DNA of 64,000 bases from an uncultured Gammaproteobacteria bacterium. Lineage in GTDB: Bacteria > Patescibacteriota > Microgenomatia > JAMCZE01. Both the position numbers and the translations under genes were made by a program. The first letter of the stretch is position 1. Every line of letters begins with the position of its first letter. The notes under the pieces were generated by a model, which saw nothing but the letters and a program-made list of their open reading frames with translations, was not told the DNA's origin and ran no database searches. The DNA lies in assembly GCA_964641255.1 (NCBI GenBank), contig CAZXMM010000001.1, positions 246,973 to 310,972 of the forward strand. The letters are read 5' to 3'. Of this stretch, positions 29,207 through 38,121 are shown piece after piece.

Positions 29207-29848
29207 ATGAATACCTATTTCGGCTATAAAAAAGGACAGTCGCACGCTTTTGACGAGGCGGGTATCCGGGTGCCGGTAACCATGGTTCATATGCCTCCAA
29301 CCATGGTGGTTGGGAAACGTACCCTGGAAAAAAATGGCTATACCTCCTGGCAAATTGCTCTAGGAACCAAAAAGAACCTCACTAAACCAATGCTTGGACT
29401 CCTAAAAAATCTTCAAGAAAAAATTTCTCCCCAACATATCCGCGAAATTGAAATCACCGACCAAGATACTAAAAGCGTTGGAGAAAAAATTTCAGTTGAC
29501 GAAGTTTTTACTGCGGGAGACACTATTAATGTCAGTGGAGTAAGCACTGGAAAAGGATTTGCGGGAGTAGTCAAGCGCTGGGGCTTTCATGGTAGTCCCA
29601 TGACCCATGGAACTTCTAATCGTCAGCGTCATGCTGGATCAATTGGCCAAACCACTACTCCGGGGCGGGTTTATAAAGGCAAGAAAATGGCCGGACACAT
29701 GGGATCAGAAATGATTACCATTCGCAATCTTCGGGTTTTTGCTGTCAAACCAGAAGAAAATATCTTAGTGATTCGTGGGCTGGTTCCTGGAAAAGTAGCC
29801 GGACTGTTAAAGATTACTAAAGTGCCCGCTAAAGCCAAAAAATCATGA
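29207..29848 (+). CDS. rplC: 50S ribosomal protein L3
   Basis: GKGFAGVVKRWGFHG motif. Confidence 0.95.
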   Translation: MNTYFGYKKGQSHAFDEAGIRVPVTMVHMPPTMVVGKRTLEKNGYTSWQIALGTKKNLTKPMLGLLKNLQEKISPQHIREIEITDQDTKSVGEKISVDEVFTAGDTINVSGVSTGKGFAGVVKRWGFHGSPMTHGTSNRQRHAGSIGQTTTPGRVYKGKKMAGHMGSEMITIRNLRVFAVKPEENILVIRGLVPGKVAGLLKITKVPAKAKKS

Positions 29849-30540
29849 AAGTAATTGCTACCAACTTACCAAAAGAATTGTTCGCTCAAAAAGCAGCCCC
29901 GGCTCTAATTTCCCAGGCAGTTCGAGTGTACCTGGCTAACCAGCGCCAAGGCACCCAAAGTGCTCTGACTCGGGCCGAGGTTAATCGCACTGGTAAAAAG
30001 GTTTATAAACAAAAAGGAACCGGTGGAGCTCGCCATGGTTCGAGGAGAGCCCCTATTTACGTTGGGGGTGGAGCCACTTTTGCTCCCAAACCGCGCGACC
30101 ACTCTTTGTCGATGAATATTCGTATGAAGAGAAAAGCACTTTTGGGAGCTCTAAGTGTTCGCGCTGCCGAAAAAAACGTTCTGGTGGTTTCAGGATTAGT
30201 AAGCGCTAGTGGCAAAACTAAAGAACTGGCCCAGTTTATAGCGACCGTTTTGCCAACACCAGTTAGTAATGTACTCATCATCACAGACATTTTAAGAAAT
30301 AACGTGCACCGCGCGGGGAAAAATCTTAGAGGAGTCACAGTGACAACTCTTGAACATTTAACCACGCATGCTGTTGTTCGTTCTAATAAAATTTTAATCA
30401 TGGAAGAAGCTTTAACTCTGACTACTCCCGCTGTCAAGACAGCAGTAAAAGCAGAAGTCAAAGAAAAAAAAGTCGTAAAGGCAGAAAAGAAAGTCGTAAA
30501 AGCGAAGGCTACAGTTAAAAAAGTAGCAGCTAAAAAATAA
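29845..30540 (+). CDS. rplD: 50S ribosomal protein L4, with Lys/Val-rich C-terminal tail
   Basis: KGTGGARHGSRRAPIYVGGG; 4-nt overlap with rplC. Confidence 0.93.
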   Translation: MKVIATNLPKELFAQKAAPALISQAVRVYLANQRQGTQSALTRAEVNRTGKKVYKQKGTGGARHGSRRAPIYVGGGATFAPKPRDHSLSMNIRMKRKALLGALSVRAAEKNVLVVSGLVSASGKTKELAQFIATVLPTPVSNVLIITDILRNNVHRAGKNLRGVTVTTLEHLTTHAVVRSNKILIMEEALTLTTPAVKTAVKAEVKEKKVVKAEKKVVKAKATVKKVAAKK

Positions 30541-30845
30541 TGCATACAATTATTAAAAAACCAGTTATCACCGAACAGTCCATGAGAGAGGCTGCGCTGG
30601 GGCGCTTTACTTTTGTGGTTGAAAAAAGTGCTAATAAAGCTGAAATTGCTCAAGCTATTAAAGAAGCTTTTTCGGTCACCCCCGTCAGGGTACAAACCCA
30701 AATTGTTAAGGGGAAAAGCCAGCGCTCCCGCAAAAGCCGGACTGTAGCAGTGAGCGCTGCCTGGAAGAAAGCCATTATCACTTTAGTCTCTGGGCAAAAA
30801 ATTGATCTCTTTGAGATTGGTGAACAGGCGGCAGTAACAAAGTAA
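30540..30845 (+). CDS. rplW: 50S ribosomal protein L23
   Basis: L23-like 101-aa protein in the expected position after rplD. Confidence 0.9.
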   Translation: MHTIIKKPVITEQSMREAALGRFTFVVEKSANKAEIAQAIKEAFSVTPVRVQTQIVKGKSQRSRKSRTVAVSAAWKKAIITLVSGQKIDLFEIGEQAAVTK

Positions 30846-30873
30846 CCATATGTTAAAACAGAGAAAAGGTGCC

Positions 30874-31680
30874 ATGAGTAATAGATTTATGACCGGACTC
30901 AACTACCGGGCTATTCTCACGGCTACTACACCCGAAGAGTCGTTAATTGAGCTCTTACCTAAGAATTCTGGCCGCAATGCTACCGGCAAGATTACTGTGC
31001 GTCACCAAGGTGGGCGGAACAAACGCATGTACCGGCGTATTGATTTTAAGCGCGACAAGCTAGATATCACTGCTACTGTAGTATCGATTGAATATGATCC
31101 AAACCGGTCTGCCAACATTTCTTTGCTTAAGTATGCCGATGGTGAAAAACGCTACATTATTCACCCTGAAGGTCTAAAAGTCGGAGATAAGGTGATAGCG
31201 TCAAAAACCGCCGAGGCTCGCTTAGGGAATGCTGTGCCGCTAGCTAAACTGCAGATTGGTACCGTTATTCACAATATTGAGCTGGCAGCTGGTCGCGGTG
31301 GTCAAATAGTCAGAGGAGCAGGAACCGGGGCGTCTGTGTTGGCAAAAGAAGGGGACTATGTTACGATTAAGCTCCCTTCAGGGGAACTTCGTCTGATTCA
31401 CAAAGATTGTTTTGCAACAGTTGGAGTCATTGATAACGGCGAGTGGAAAAATGTGGTTTTTGGCAAAGCGGGACGAAATCGCCATATTGGCGTCAGACCG
31501 ACCGTTCGTGGTACTGCCCAAAATCCTCGGACTCATCCACATGGGGGTGGAGAAGGTAGATCAGGAGAGGGTCTTAAGCAGGCCAAAACTCCTTGGGGGA
31601 AGCCCGCTCGTGGGCTACGAACTCGCAACAAAGCGAAGTTTAGTAACCAATATATAGTGGAGCGTAGAAAGAAGCGGTAA
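30874..31680 (+). CDS. rplB: 50S ribosomal protein L2
   Basis: [41 protein letters not shown]; start moved to the ATG at 30874 because AGAAAAGGTG lies 4 nt upstream (ORF track starts at 30850). Confidence 0.93.
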   Translation: MSNRFMTGLNYRAILTATTPEESLIELLPKNSGRNATGKITVRHQGGRNKRMYRRIDFKRDKLDITATVVSIEYDPNRSANISLLKYADGEKRYIIHPEGLKVGDKVIASKTAEARLGNAVPLAKLQIGTVIHNIELAAGRGGQIVRGAGTGASVLAKEGDYVTIKLPSGELRLIHKDCFATVGVIDNGEWKNVVFGKAGRNRHIGVRPTVRGTAQNPRTHPHGGGEGRSGEGLKQAKTPWGKPARGLRTRNKAKFSNQYIVERRKKR

Positions 31681-31684
31681 TTTT

Positions 31685-31969
31685 ATGGCACGTTCATCCA
31701 AAAAAGGACCATATGTGGACCCCAAGCTACTGATTAAGGCTAATAAGGCCAGGGCAATGGGGGATAAAACGCCCATTAAGACTTGGGCAAGACACAGTCA
31801 GATTCCGCCAGAGTTTGTTGGTCTTAATTTTGGTATCCATAATGGCCGAGTACATGTGCCGGTATTTATAACTGAGGCTATGGTCGGCCATCGGTTAGGA
31901 GAATTCGCTCCGACCCGAACTTTTAGAGGTCATGGTCGGATTGTAGCTCGCATTCTTAGTAAAACTTAA
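31685..31969 (+). CDS. rpsS: 30S ribosomal protein S19
   Basis: [12 protein letters not shown]...[16 protein letters not shown]. Confidence 0.95.
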   Translation: MARSSKKGPYVDPKLLIKANKARAMGDKTPIKTWARHSQIPPEFVGLNFGIHNGRVHVPVFITEAMVGHRLGEFAPTRTFRGHGRIVARILSKT

Positions 31970-31973
31970 AAAT

Positions 31974-32318
31974 ATGATCGAAGTTAGTGCTATTTCTAAA
32001 TATGTTCGGGTGGCACCACGAAAATTGCGTCTGTTGGCAGACGCCCTGAAAAATAAAGAAGTAGATGCCGCTTTAACAAAACTTAGCTTTTTGCCCAAAA
32101 GTGGTACCGTACCGATGGTGAAAGCCCTGAAATCGGCAGTAGCTAATGCGGTAAACGTTAAGGGTCTTACACGAGCCAATCTTAAAATTAAGAATATTTT
32201 GATTGATGAAGGGTTTAAGATGAAACGTCGAGGCAAAGGACGAAAAGCAACGTCAGGATACGGCGGTGGGGTTATTCAAAAAAGAACCAGTCATATCACA
32301 GTTATTTTACAGGGCTAA
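31974..32318 (+). CDS. rplV: 50S ribosomal protein L22
   Basis: SPRKLRLLADAL...; 114 aa. Confidence 0.92.
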   Translation: MIEVSAISKYVRVAPRKLRLLADALKNKEVDAALTKLSFLPKSGTVPMVKALKSAVANAVNVKGLTRANLKIKNILIDEGFKMKRRGKGRKATSGYGGGVIQKRTSHITVILQG

Positions 32319-32324
32319 AACAGT

Positions 32325-33041
32325 ATGGGAAAAAAGATTCATCCGATCGGATTCAGATTAGGGCCAGTTTATACTTGGACCTCGCGCTGGTTTGCTACTA
32401 AGAATCGTTATAAGACGCTAGTCTTGGAAGACGCCAAGATCCGTAAAGCGCTGATGGCCAAGCTAAAAGCTGCGGGAATCGCGAGGATAGAAATTGAACG
32501 TTCCATTAATAAAATTAGTCTGACATTGTTTGTCTCTCGTCCGGGAGTAGTAATTGGTCGCGGTGGAGCAGGAATGGACGATCTGAAGAAACATATTATC
32601 AGTAACCTACTAACACTTAATCCTGAGGATAAAAATGCCCAAAAAGTTGACATTAAAGTTGAGGCTGTCAAAGAACCTAACCTTGACGCCTATCTAGTGG
32701 CGGTTAATATTGCTGACCAACTAGCCAAGCGTCTTCCCGCCAAGCGGGTAATGAAGCAGAGCGTGGAAAAGGCTATGGTAGCCGGAGCTAAAGGAATTAA
32801 AATTCGCCTTGGAGGACGTATTAATGGAGCGGAAATTGCTCGGGTAGAAAAGGCCAAAGACGGAGTGGTTCCTCTTAGCTCCATTAAAGAGCGTATCGAC
32901 TTTGCTGCGTATCCGGCTTACACCAGGTCGGGCTATATTGGAGTTAAGGTCTGGATTTGTCTGCCTGAGAATGCCGGAATTTTAGGAGGACGAAGTGAAG
33001 CCCAGCCAGTAGTTAACAATAATTCACCTGTAACAAACTAA
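32325..33041 (+). CDS. rpsC: 30S ribosomal protein S3
   Basis: MGKKIHPIGFRLG...KH domain...GRGGAG. Confidence 0.95.
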   Translation: MGKKIHPIGFRLGPVYTWTSRWFATKNRYKTLVLEDAKIRKALMAKLKAAGIARIEIERSINKISLTLFVSRPGVVIGRGGAGMDDLKKHIISNLLTLNPEDKNAQKVDIKVEAVKEPNLDAYLVAVNIADQLAKRLPAKRVMKQSVEKAMVAGAKGIKIRLGGRINGAEIARVEKAKDGVVPLSSIKERIDFAAYPAYTRSGYIGVKVWICLPENAGILGGRSEAQPVVNNNSPVTN

Positions 33042-33042
33042 C

Positions 33043-33462
33043 ATGCCAGTACTTGCACCACGTCGAGTAAAATACCGTCGCACTTTTAAAGGACAGCGTC
33101 CCGGTCTTGCTCAGCGGGGTAACACGGTAAATTTCGGTGACTACGCAATAATTGCTCAGAGTAGGGGTTGGGTCAGCGCTAGACAGATAGAGTCGGCTCG
33201 GAAAACCTTGACCCATTTTACTGCTAAAGGTGGACGAGTGTGGATTAGAATTTTTCCTGATAAGCCGATTACCAAAAAACCGCTGGATGTAAAGTGTGGT
33301 GGTGGTAAAGGTGATTTACTGGAGTATGTAGCGGTAATTAAGCCTGGACATATTCTTTTTGAAATGGCAGGTTTACCTAAAGATCAGGCTCAGGAAGCTA
33401 TTCGCCGAGCAGGACATAAATTAGCAGTCAAAACCAAATTTATCGAGAAAAACGTTAGCTAA
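33043..33462 (+). CDS. rplP: 50S ribosomal protein L16
   Basis: MPVLAPRRVKYRR...VWIRIFPDKP. Confidence 0.95.
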   Translation: MPVLAPRRVKYRRTFKGQRPGLAQRGNTVNFGDYAIIAQSRGWVSARQIESARKTLTHFTAKGGRVWIRIFPDKPITKKPLDVKCGGGKGDLLEYVAVIKPGHILFEMAGLPKDQAQEAIRRAGHKLAVKTKFIEKNVS

Positions 33463-33466
33463 AAAT

Positions 33467-33676
33467 ATGAAACCAAAAGATATTGCTAGTCTAAGAACTA
33501 AAAGTGTTGCCGAGCTTACTAAACGAGCTAGGGAACTTAATGTACAGATGGCTAAGCTTAAGGGGGAAATGACCCTCAGGAGACTTAAAAACGTCAATGC
33601 GGTCAAGAACGTAAAGCGGGAGTTAGCTGTAGTAATGACTATTGTAAGGGCCAATCAATTAAGTAAGCAGAAGTAG
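33467..33676 (+). CDS. rpmC: 50S ribosomal protein L29
   Basis: 69 aa, helical, Lys-rich, between rplP and rpsQ. Confidence 0.9.
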   Translation: MKPKDIASLRTKSVAELTKRARELNVQMAKLKGEMTLRRLKNVNAVKNVKRELAVVMTIVRANQLSKQK

Positions 33677-33677
33677 T

Positions 33678-33908
33678 ATGAAAACATTTACCGCCAAAGT
33701 AGTTGCTAATAAATCAAATCAGACTGTCGCTGTTGAGACAGACGTGTTTCGCGCTCACGCCAAGTATCATAAAATATTGCGTCACACAATTAAGGTCCTA
33801 GCTCACAACACTCTTGAGGGAATTAATGAAGGAGATATGGTAGAAGTTGCCGCTTGTGCACCCAAAAGTGCCAAGAAGCATTTTAGTGTAGTAGCCAAAG
33901 TCAAATAA
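33678..33908 (+). CDS. rpsQ: 30S ribosomal protein S17
   Basis: 76 aa, OB-fold-like, in the expected position. Confidence 0.9.
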   Translation: MKTFTAKVVANKSNQTVAVETDVFRAHAKYHKILRHTIKVLAHNTLEGINEGDMVEVAACAPKSAKKHFSVVAKVK

Positions 33909-33909
33909 T

Positions 33910-34284
33910 ATGATTCAGACACATACTGTTTTAAAACCAGCCGACAACACAGGGGCCCATAAGCTCAGGGTGATCCATCTCTATGGTGGTTCCAAGCGGA
34001 AATTTTCTTACGTTGGCGATATTGTCCGCTGCGTTGTGGACGGTGCTAATCCTAATGGGGCAGTCAAAGATTCAGAGATGGTATTTGCAGTTGTGGTCAG
34101 ATGTAAAAAAGAACAGCGTCGTAGTGATGGGAGCTATATTCGTTTTAGCGATAACGCCGGAGTCGTTATTACGGCTAGAGACAACCTGGATCCACTGGGT
34201 AGTCGCGTTTTTGGCCCAATAGCCAGAGAGCTTAAGGAAAAAGGTTTTAACAAAATAGTCTCAATGGCCACCGAAGTAATTTAA
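33910..34284 (+). CDS. rplN: 50S ribosomal protein L14
   Basis: [16 protein letters not shown]... Confidence 0.95.
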   Translation: MIQTHTVLKPADNTGAHKLRVIHLYGGSKRKFSYVGDIVRCVVDGANPNGAVKDSEMVFAVVVRCKKEQRRSDGSYIRFSDNAGVVITARDNLDPLGSRVFGPIARELKEKGFNKIVSMATEVI

Positions 34285-34295
34285 GTCTAACAACT

Positions 34296-34607
34296 ATGAA
34301 AATGAAACTTAAAAAAGGAGATAAAGTGGTAGTCACGGTCGGTAAAGATCGGGGCAAAGAAGGGGCCGTGGAAAAGGTATGGCTTAAGTCAGGTCGGGTA
34401 AGTGTTGGCGGAGTGAATATTTTTAAACGCCACAGGAAAGCCCGGGGTGAGGGACAAAAGAGCGGCATTATCGATATGGTCAGACCCCTAGCTGTAACCA
34501 GTATAGCCCTAATCTGTCCCAAATGTAAAAAACCAACCCGGATCGGCTACAAAGTAACTAGCAAAGATAAAGTACGTGTCTGTAAAAAATGTGGAGAGGA
34601 AATCTAA
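34296..34607 (+). CDS. rplX: 50S ribosomal protein L24 (KOW) with C-terminal zinc-ribbon extension
   Basis: KKGDKVVVTVGKDRGKEG KOW motif; C-terminal CPKC...CKKC. Confidence 0.9.
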   Translation: MKMKLKKGDKVVVTVGKDRGKEGAVEKVWLKSGRVSVGGVNIFKRHRKARGEGQKSGIIDMVRPLAVTSIALICPKCKKPTRIGYKVTSKDKVRVCKKCGEEI

Positions 34608-34610
34608 ATT

Positions 34611-35156
34611 ATGACTTTAAGAGATAAATACCAAAAGGAATTTGTTACTCGGCTTAAGGAAGAACTACAGCTTGATAATGTAATGTCGGTGCCAAAACTT
34701 ACCAAGATAGTTATCAATGTAGGCGCTAAAGAAGCCTTAACCGACAAAAAGGTTCTAGCTGAGATTAGTGATCAGATTGGACTTATTGCTGGGCAAAAAC
34801 CATCAGTTCGTATCGCTACTAAATCTATTGCCGCTTTTAAGTTGCGAGAGGGTCAAGAAGTTGGGGTGGCCGTGACTCTAAGAGGACAACGCATGTATGA
34901 ATTTTTTGAAAAGCTTGTTAATATCGTCTTTCCTAGAGTTAGGGATTTCCGCGGAGTCAGTGTTAGTGGTTTCGATGGTCGAGGCAATTTCAGTGTTGGA
35001 TTCAAAGAGCAGATTGTGTTTTCTGAGATAGAATACGGAAAAATTGATAGAATACGGGGCCTACAGGTAACAATAGTGACGACAGCAAGAAACGATAAAG
35101 AAGGTAAGGCTCTATTAACAATCCTTGGCATGCCTTTTGAAAAGGCAACTAAATAA
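34611..35156 (+). CDS. rplE: 50S ribosomal protein L5
   Basis: L5-like 181 aa in the expected position. Confidence 0.95.
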   Translation: MTLRDKYQKEFVTRLKEELQLDNVMSVPKLTKIVINVGAKEALTDKKVLAEISDQIGLIAGQKPSVRIATKSIAAFKLREGQEVGVAVTLRGQRMYEFFEKLVNIVFPRVRDFRGVSVSGFDGRGNFSVGFKEQIVFSEIEYGKIDRIRGLQVTIVTTARNDKEGKALLTILGMPFEKATK

Positions 35157-35172
35157 TACAGTTTTTTAACCT

Positions 35173-35358
35173 ATGGCTAGAGTTGGATCAGTAGTAAAAG
35201 CAAATAAAACGCCAAAATTTTCAGTCCGGAGCCACAGCCGTTGTCAGTTGTGTGGCCGTAGTCGGGCTTATATTAGACGATTTGGGTTATGTAGACTTTG
35301 CTTCCGTGAGCTCGCTCATAAAGGAGAGCTTCCTGGAGTTATTCGTGCAACATGGTAA
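35173..35358 (+). CDS. rpsN: 30S ribosomal protein S14 type Z (zinc-binding)
   Basis: 61 aa, CQLCGR...CRLC. Confidence 0.92.
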   Translation: MARVGSVVKANKTPKFSVRSHSRCQLCGRSRAYIRRFGLCRLCFRELAHKGELPGVIRATW

Positions 35359-35741
35359 ACGATCCTATCTCTGACATGCTAACTCGTATAAAAAATGGCT
35401 ACATGGCCAAGAGATCTGTCGTGGAAATTCCGTACACCAAAGTAGTCGGGGTGATCGCTAAGGTTCTAGTTGAGAACAAGTATTTAAATTCTATGGAAGT
35501 GACAGGAGATCTTAAAAAAACCCTCGTGGTTACTCTAAGATATGAAGCCAAAGAGCCAGCTATCACCGAGATTCGCCGCGTCAGTCGACCAAGTCTTAGG
35601 GTGTATGCTGGTAATAAGAAGTTACCCAAGGTACTGGGGGGGATGGGTAAGGCCCTTATTTCAACACCGGCGGGAGTCATGACCGATCATCAGGCCAGGA
35701 AAGCCAATTTGGGTGGTGAAGTAATTTGTGAAGTATGGTAG
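35352..35741 (+). CDS. rpsH: 30S ribosomal protein S8
   Basis: [13 protein letters not shown]... Confidence 0.95.
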   Translation: MVNDPISDMLTRIKNGYMAKRSVVEIPYTKVVGVIAKVLVENKYLNSMEVTGDLKKTLVVTLRYEAKEPAITEIRRVSRPSLRVYAGNKKLPKVLGGMGKALISTPAGVMTDHQARKANLGGEVICEVW

Positions 35742-35750
35742 CCAAATTAT

Positions 35751-36302
35751 ATGAGTAGAATCGGAAAAAAACCAGTTAAAATTCCCGAAGGAGTGACCAT
35801 TAGTCAAGAGGGAGCAGTGATAACCGTAATTGGTCCGAAGGGAACACTGACCCAATCTTTTAGACCAGAAATTGAACTAGTGATTGAGAATGGCAAAGTT
35901 CTTGTCAATCGGGTAGCGGAGACTCCTAAGGCCAAGTCTTTACATGGTTTGTCCCGAACACTTTTAGAAAACATGATGCAGGGAGTAAGTAGTGGTTGGA
36001 ATAAGGGGTTGGAATTAGTTGGGGTGGGGTACCGAGCCTCGCTAGAGGGAACTACCCTAGTTTTAACTCTAGGTTTTTCCCATCCGGTTAAAGTGGTGCC
36101 ACCGCCAGGGATTGTTTTTGAGGTCATGGAGAACGTGAGAATAAATGTTAAAGGTGTAGATAAACAGCAGGTTGGCGAAATAGCTGCTCAAATTAGGCGT
36201 GTCAAGCCACCAGAGCCCTACAAAGGCAAGGGAATCAGATATATTGGCGAAGTCGTTAGGCGTAAGGCTGGAAAAGCGGCAAAAGCCGCAGGGACAAAGT
36301 AA
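35751..36302 (+). CDS. rplF: 50S ribosomal protein L6
   Basis: MSRIGKKPVKIPEGVT... Confidence 0.95.
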   Translation: MSRIGKKPVKIPEGVTISQEGAVITVIGPKGTLTQSFRPEIELVIENGKVLVNRVAETPKAKSLHGLSRTLLENMMQGVSSGWNKGLELVGVGYRASLEGTTLVLTLGFSHPVKVVPPPGIVFEVMENVRINVKGVDKQQVGEIAAQIRRVKPPEPYKGKGIRYIGEVVRRKAGKAAKAAGTK

Positions 36303-36315
36303 TTCATAGAAACCT

Positions 36316-36621
36316 ATGAACAAGATTGACAAAAGACGAGCACAAACCAGAAAAACCATCCGTGGTACGGCAGAGAAGCCAAGACTAGTAGTTTTTGCTT
36401 CCAACCGCTATTTCTATGGGCAAATTATTGACGATGACAAACGAGTTACTTTGGTTTCGGTTAATAAGATGACTGACGCCACGGAAGCGGGCAAAGCCTT
36501 GGCAGAGGCGGCAAAAATTAAAAAAATTACTACAATTGTTTTTGACCGAGCGGGAATGCGTTATCACGGCAATATCAAAAAGTTTGCTGAAGGTGCTCGT
36601 GAGGCCGGGCTTGTTTTTTAA
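36316..36621 (+). CDS. rplR: 50S ribosomal protein L18
   Basis: PRLVVFASNRYFYGQIIDD... Confidence 0.92.
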   Translation: MNKIDKRRAQTRKTIRGTAEKPRLVVFASNRYFYGQIIDDDKRVTLVSVNKMTDATEAGKALAEAAKIKKITTIVFDRAGMRYHGNIKKFAEGAREAGLVF

Positions 36622-36634
36622 CTATTAAAACATT

Positions 36635-37219
36635 ATGGCACAATACTCAACTGAACCAAAAGAATTTGAAGAAAAAGTTGTCCAAGTAAATCGAGTGTCT
36701 AAAAAGACTGCCGGTGGCAGTGTGATGCGTTTTAGTGTCCTGGTAGTGGTTGGAGACCGTAAAAGTCGAGTGGGAGTAGGTTTGGGCCAGGCCCTAGAAG
36801 TTCAAAGTGCGGTTCGTAAGGCAGTGGCCTATGCTAAAAAGCATCTTTTTACAGTCCCTATGAAAGGGACGACTATTCCTCATGAAGTGTTGGCCAAGTT
36901 TGGAGCAGCTAAAGTTTTACTTAGACCGGCCCCCCCAGGCTCTGGTGTTATTGCCGGCGGGGCAGTCAGGGCGGTAGTAGAGGCGGCGGGGATTCGTGAT
37001 ATCAGTAGTAAGGTACTTGGTACCGACAACCAAGCTAACAATGTGTATGCGACTCTGGAGGGGCTGAAAAAACTCAAGGTTGGGAGGCTTGGCCAAGCAC
37101 CCCAGGGTCAGAAGTTAGCAGTTACTGAGGCTGGTGTTCCCGAGACCGAGGTCCTTCCCGTGGTAAAGATTCCAGTAGAGCCAGCGAAGAAGCCCAAGAA
37201 GTTTAAGAAGCACTTATGA
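36635..37219 (+). CDS. rpsE: 30S ribosomal protein S5, with C-terminal extension
   Basis: dsRBD plus S5 domain 2-like motifs; 194 aa; 4-nt overlap with rplO leaves no room for rpmD. Confidence 0.95.
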   Translation: MAQYSTEPKEFEEKVVQVNRVSKKTAGGSVMRFSVLVVVGDRKSRVGVGLGQALEVQSAVRKAVAYAKKHLFTVPMKGTTIPHEVLAKFGAAKVLLRPAPPGSGVIAGGAVRAVVEAAGIRDISSKVLGTDNQANNVYATLEGLKKLKVGRLGQAPQGQKLAVTEAGVPETEVLPVVKIPVEPAKKPKKFKKHL

Positions 37220-37656
37220 ATCTAGCTACTCTTTCCAAAATAGTACAAAAATCTTACCGTCGAGTGGGTAGGGGGCACGGTTCTGGTCGAGTTAAAACCT
37301 CTGGTCGTGGTACCAAGGGACAAAAAGCTCGGGGAACGATTCCGGTAGCATTTGCTGGTTCATCCCTCCAAGCCTCTTGGTTAAAGCGCCTTCCTTTAAT
37401 GCGGGGCAAGGGGAAGAACAAATCTTTTCAAAAAGACGTGGAAGTCCTAAATCTCAACCGTCTTAACAAATTTAAGGCGGGGTCCACTATTACTCTAGTC
37501 ACTCTCATCGAAGCCGGGGTTATAAATAAACTCGCCACCAGAGTTAAGATTGTTGACAACGGCGAAATCACCGTTGCCCTACGGGTCAAAGTTCCTGCTT
37601 CAGCGGGAGCTGCTAAGAAAATTGAGAAAGCTGGTGGTAGCGTGGAGCCTATTTAG
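37216..37656 (+). CDS. rplO: 50S ribosomal protein L15
   Basis: [23 protein letters not shown]. Confidence 0.95.
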   Translation: MNLATLSKIVQKSYRRVGRGHGSGRVKTSGRGTKGQKARGTIPVAFAGSSLQASWLKRLPLMRGKGKNKSFQKDVEVLNLNRLNKFKAGSTITLVTLIEAGVINKLATRVKIVDNGEITVALRVKVPASAGAAKKIEKAGGSVEPI

Positions 37657-38057
37657 TTCTTTTCTTTGTCTTTTTCCAGTTGCGAAGTACACTGTGGACA
37701 CCTAATTGCCTTAACTGCAACTAAGGATTGACAATAAGGACAGATTTTCTGCTCGGGTGGTTTTTCAGACTCGCTTCTAGATCTATTCATTTGTTTTACT
37801 ACCAGAAAGATCACAAAACTGACAATCAGAAAATTGACTACCGTATTAATAAAGGTGCCGTAGTTGATGCTGGCAGTTCCTACTTGAAACTTTAAGTCTG
37901 TGAAATCCACTCGACCCAAGACGATGCCAAATGGCGGCATTAAAATATCATCTACCAAAGAAGAGACGATCTTACCGAAGGCCGTTCCAATTATGACCCC
38001 AATTGCGAGGTCGACGACATTGCCTTTTAGAGCAAACTTCTTGAATTCTTCTAGCAT
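37653..38057 (-). CDS. mscL: Large-conductance mechanosensitive channel MscL with C-terminal zinc-ribbon extension
   Basis: MLEEFKKFALKGNVVDLAIGVIIGTAFGKIV MscL TM1 signature; second TM; C-terminal CPYC...CPQC; start moved to the ATG at 38055-38057 (ORF track starts at a TTG at 38099). Confidence 0.8.
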   Translation of the reverse strand: MLEEFKKFALKGNVVDLAIGVIIGTAFGKIVSSLVDDILMPPFGIVLGRVDFTDLKFQVGTASINYGTFINTVVNFLIVSFVIFLVVKQMNRSRSESEKPPEQKICPYCQSLVAVKAIRCPQCTSQLEKDKEKN

Positions 38058-38080
38058 GATAGTGATTGTACCATTTTGCT

Positions 38081-38110
38081 TTCTTGCAATATCTTGCAAT
38101 ATCTTGCAAT
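38081..38110. repeat. Three tandem 10-bp direct repeats (tTCTTGCAAT / ATCTTGCAAT x2), each containing the palindromic hexamer TTGCAA; divergent mscL/fic intergenic region
   Basis: Read directly; extended -10 TGgTACAAT for mscL just beyond on the minus strand; fic ATG 12 nt downstream. Confidence 0.8.
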
Positions 38111-38121
38111 ATTAATGAATA

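Noticed and set aside
29905-30701. 214-aa minus-strand ORF across rplD/rplW
   Set aside because: Antisense to two well-supported ribosomal protein genes; translation is low complexity.
38081-38110. CRISPR-like array
   Set aside because: Repeat unit is only 10 bp with no spacers, i.e. a tandem direct-repeat operator-like element. No cas genes are present in the window.
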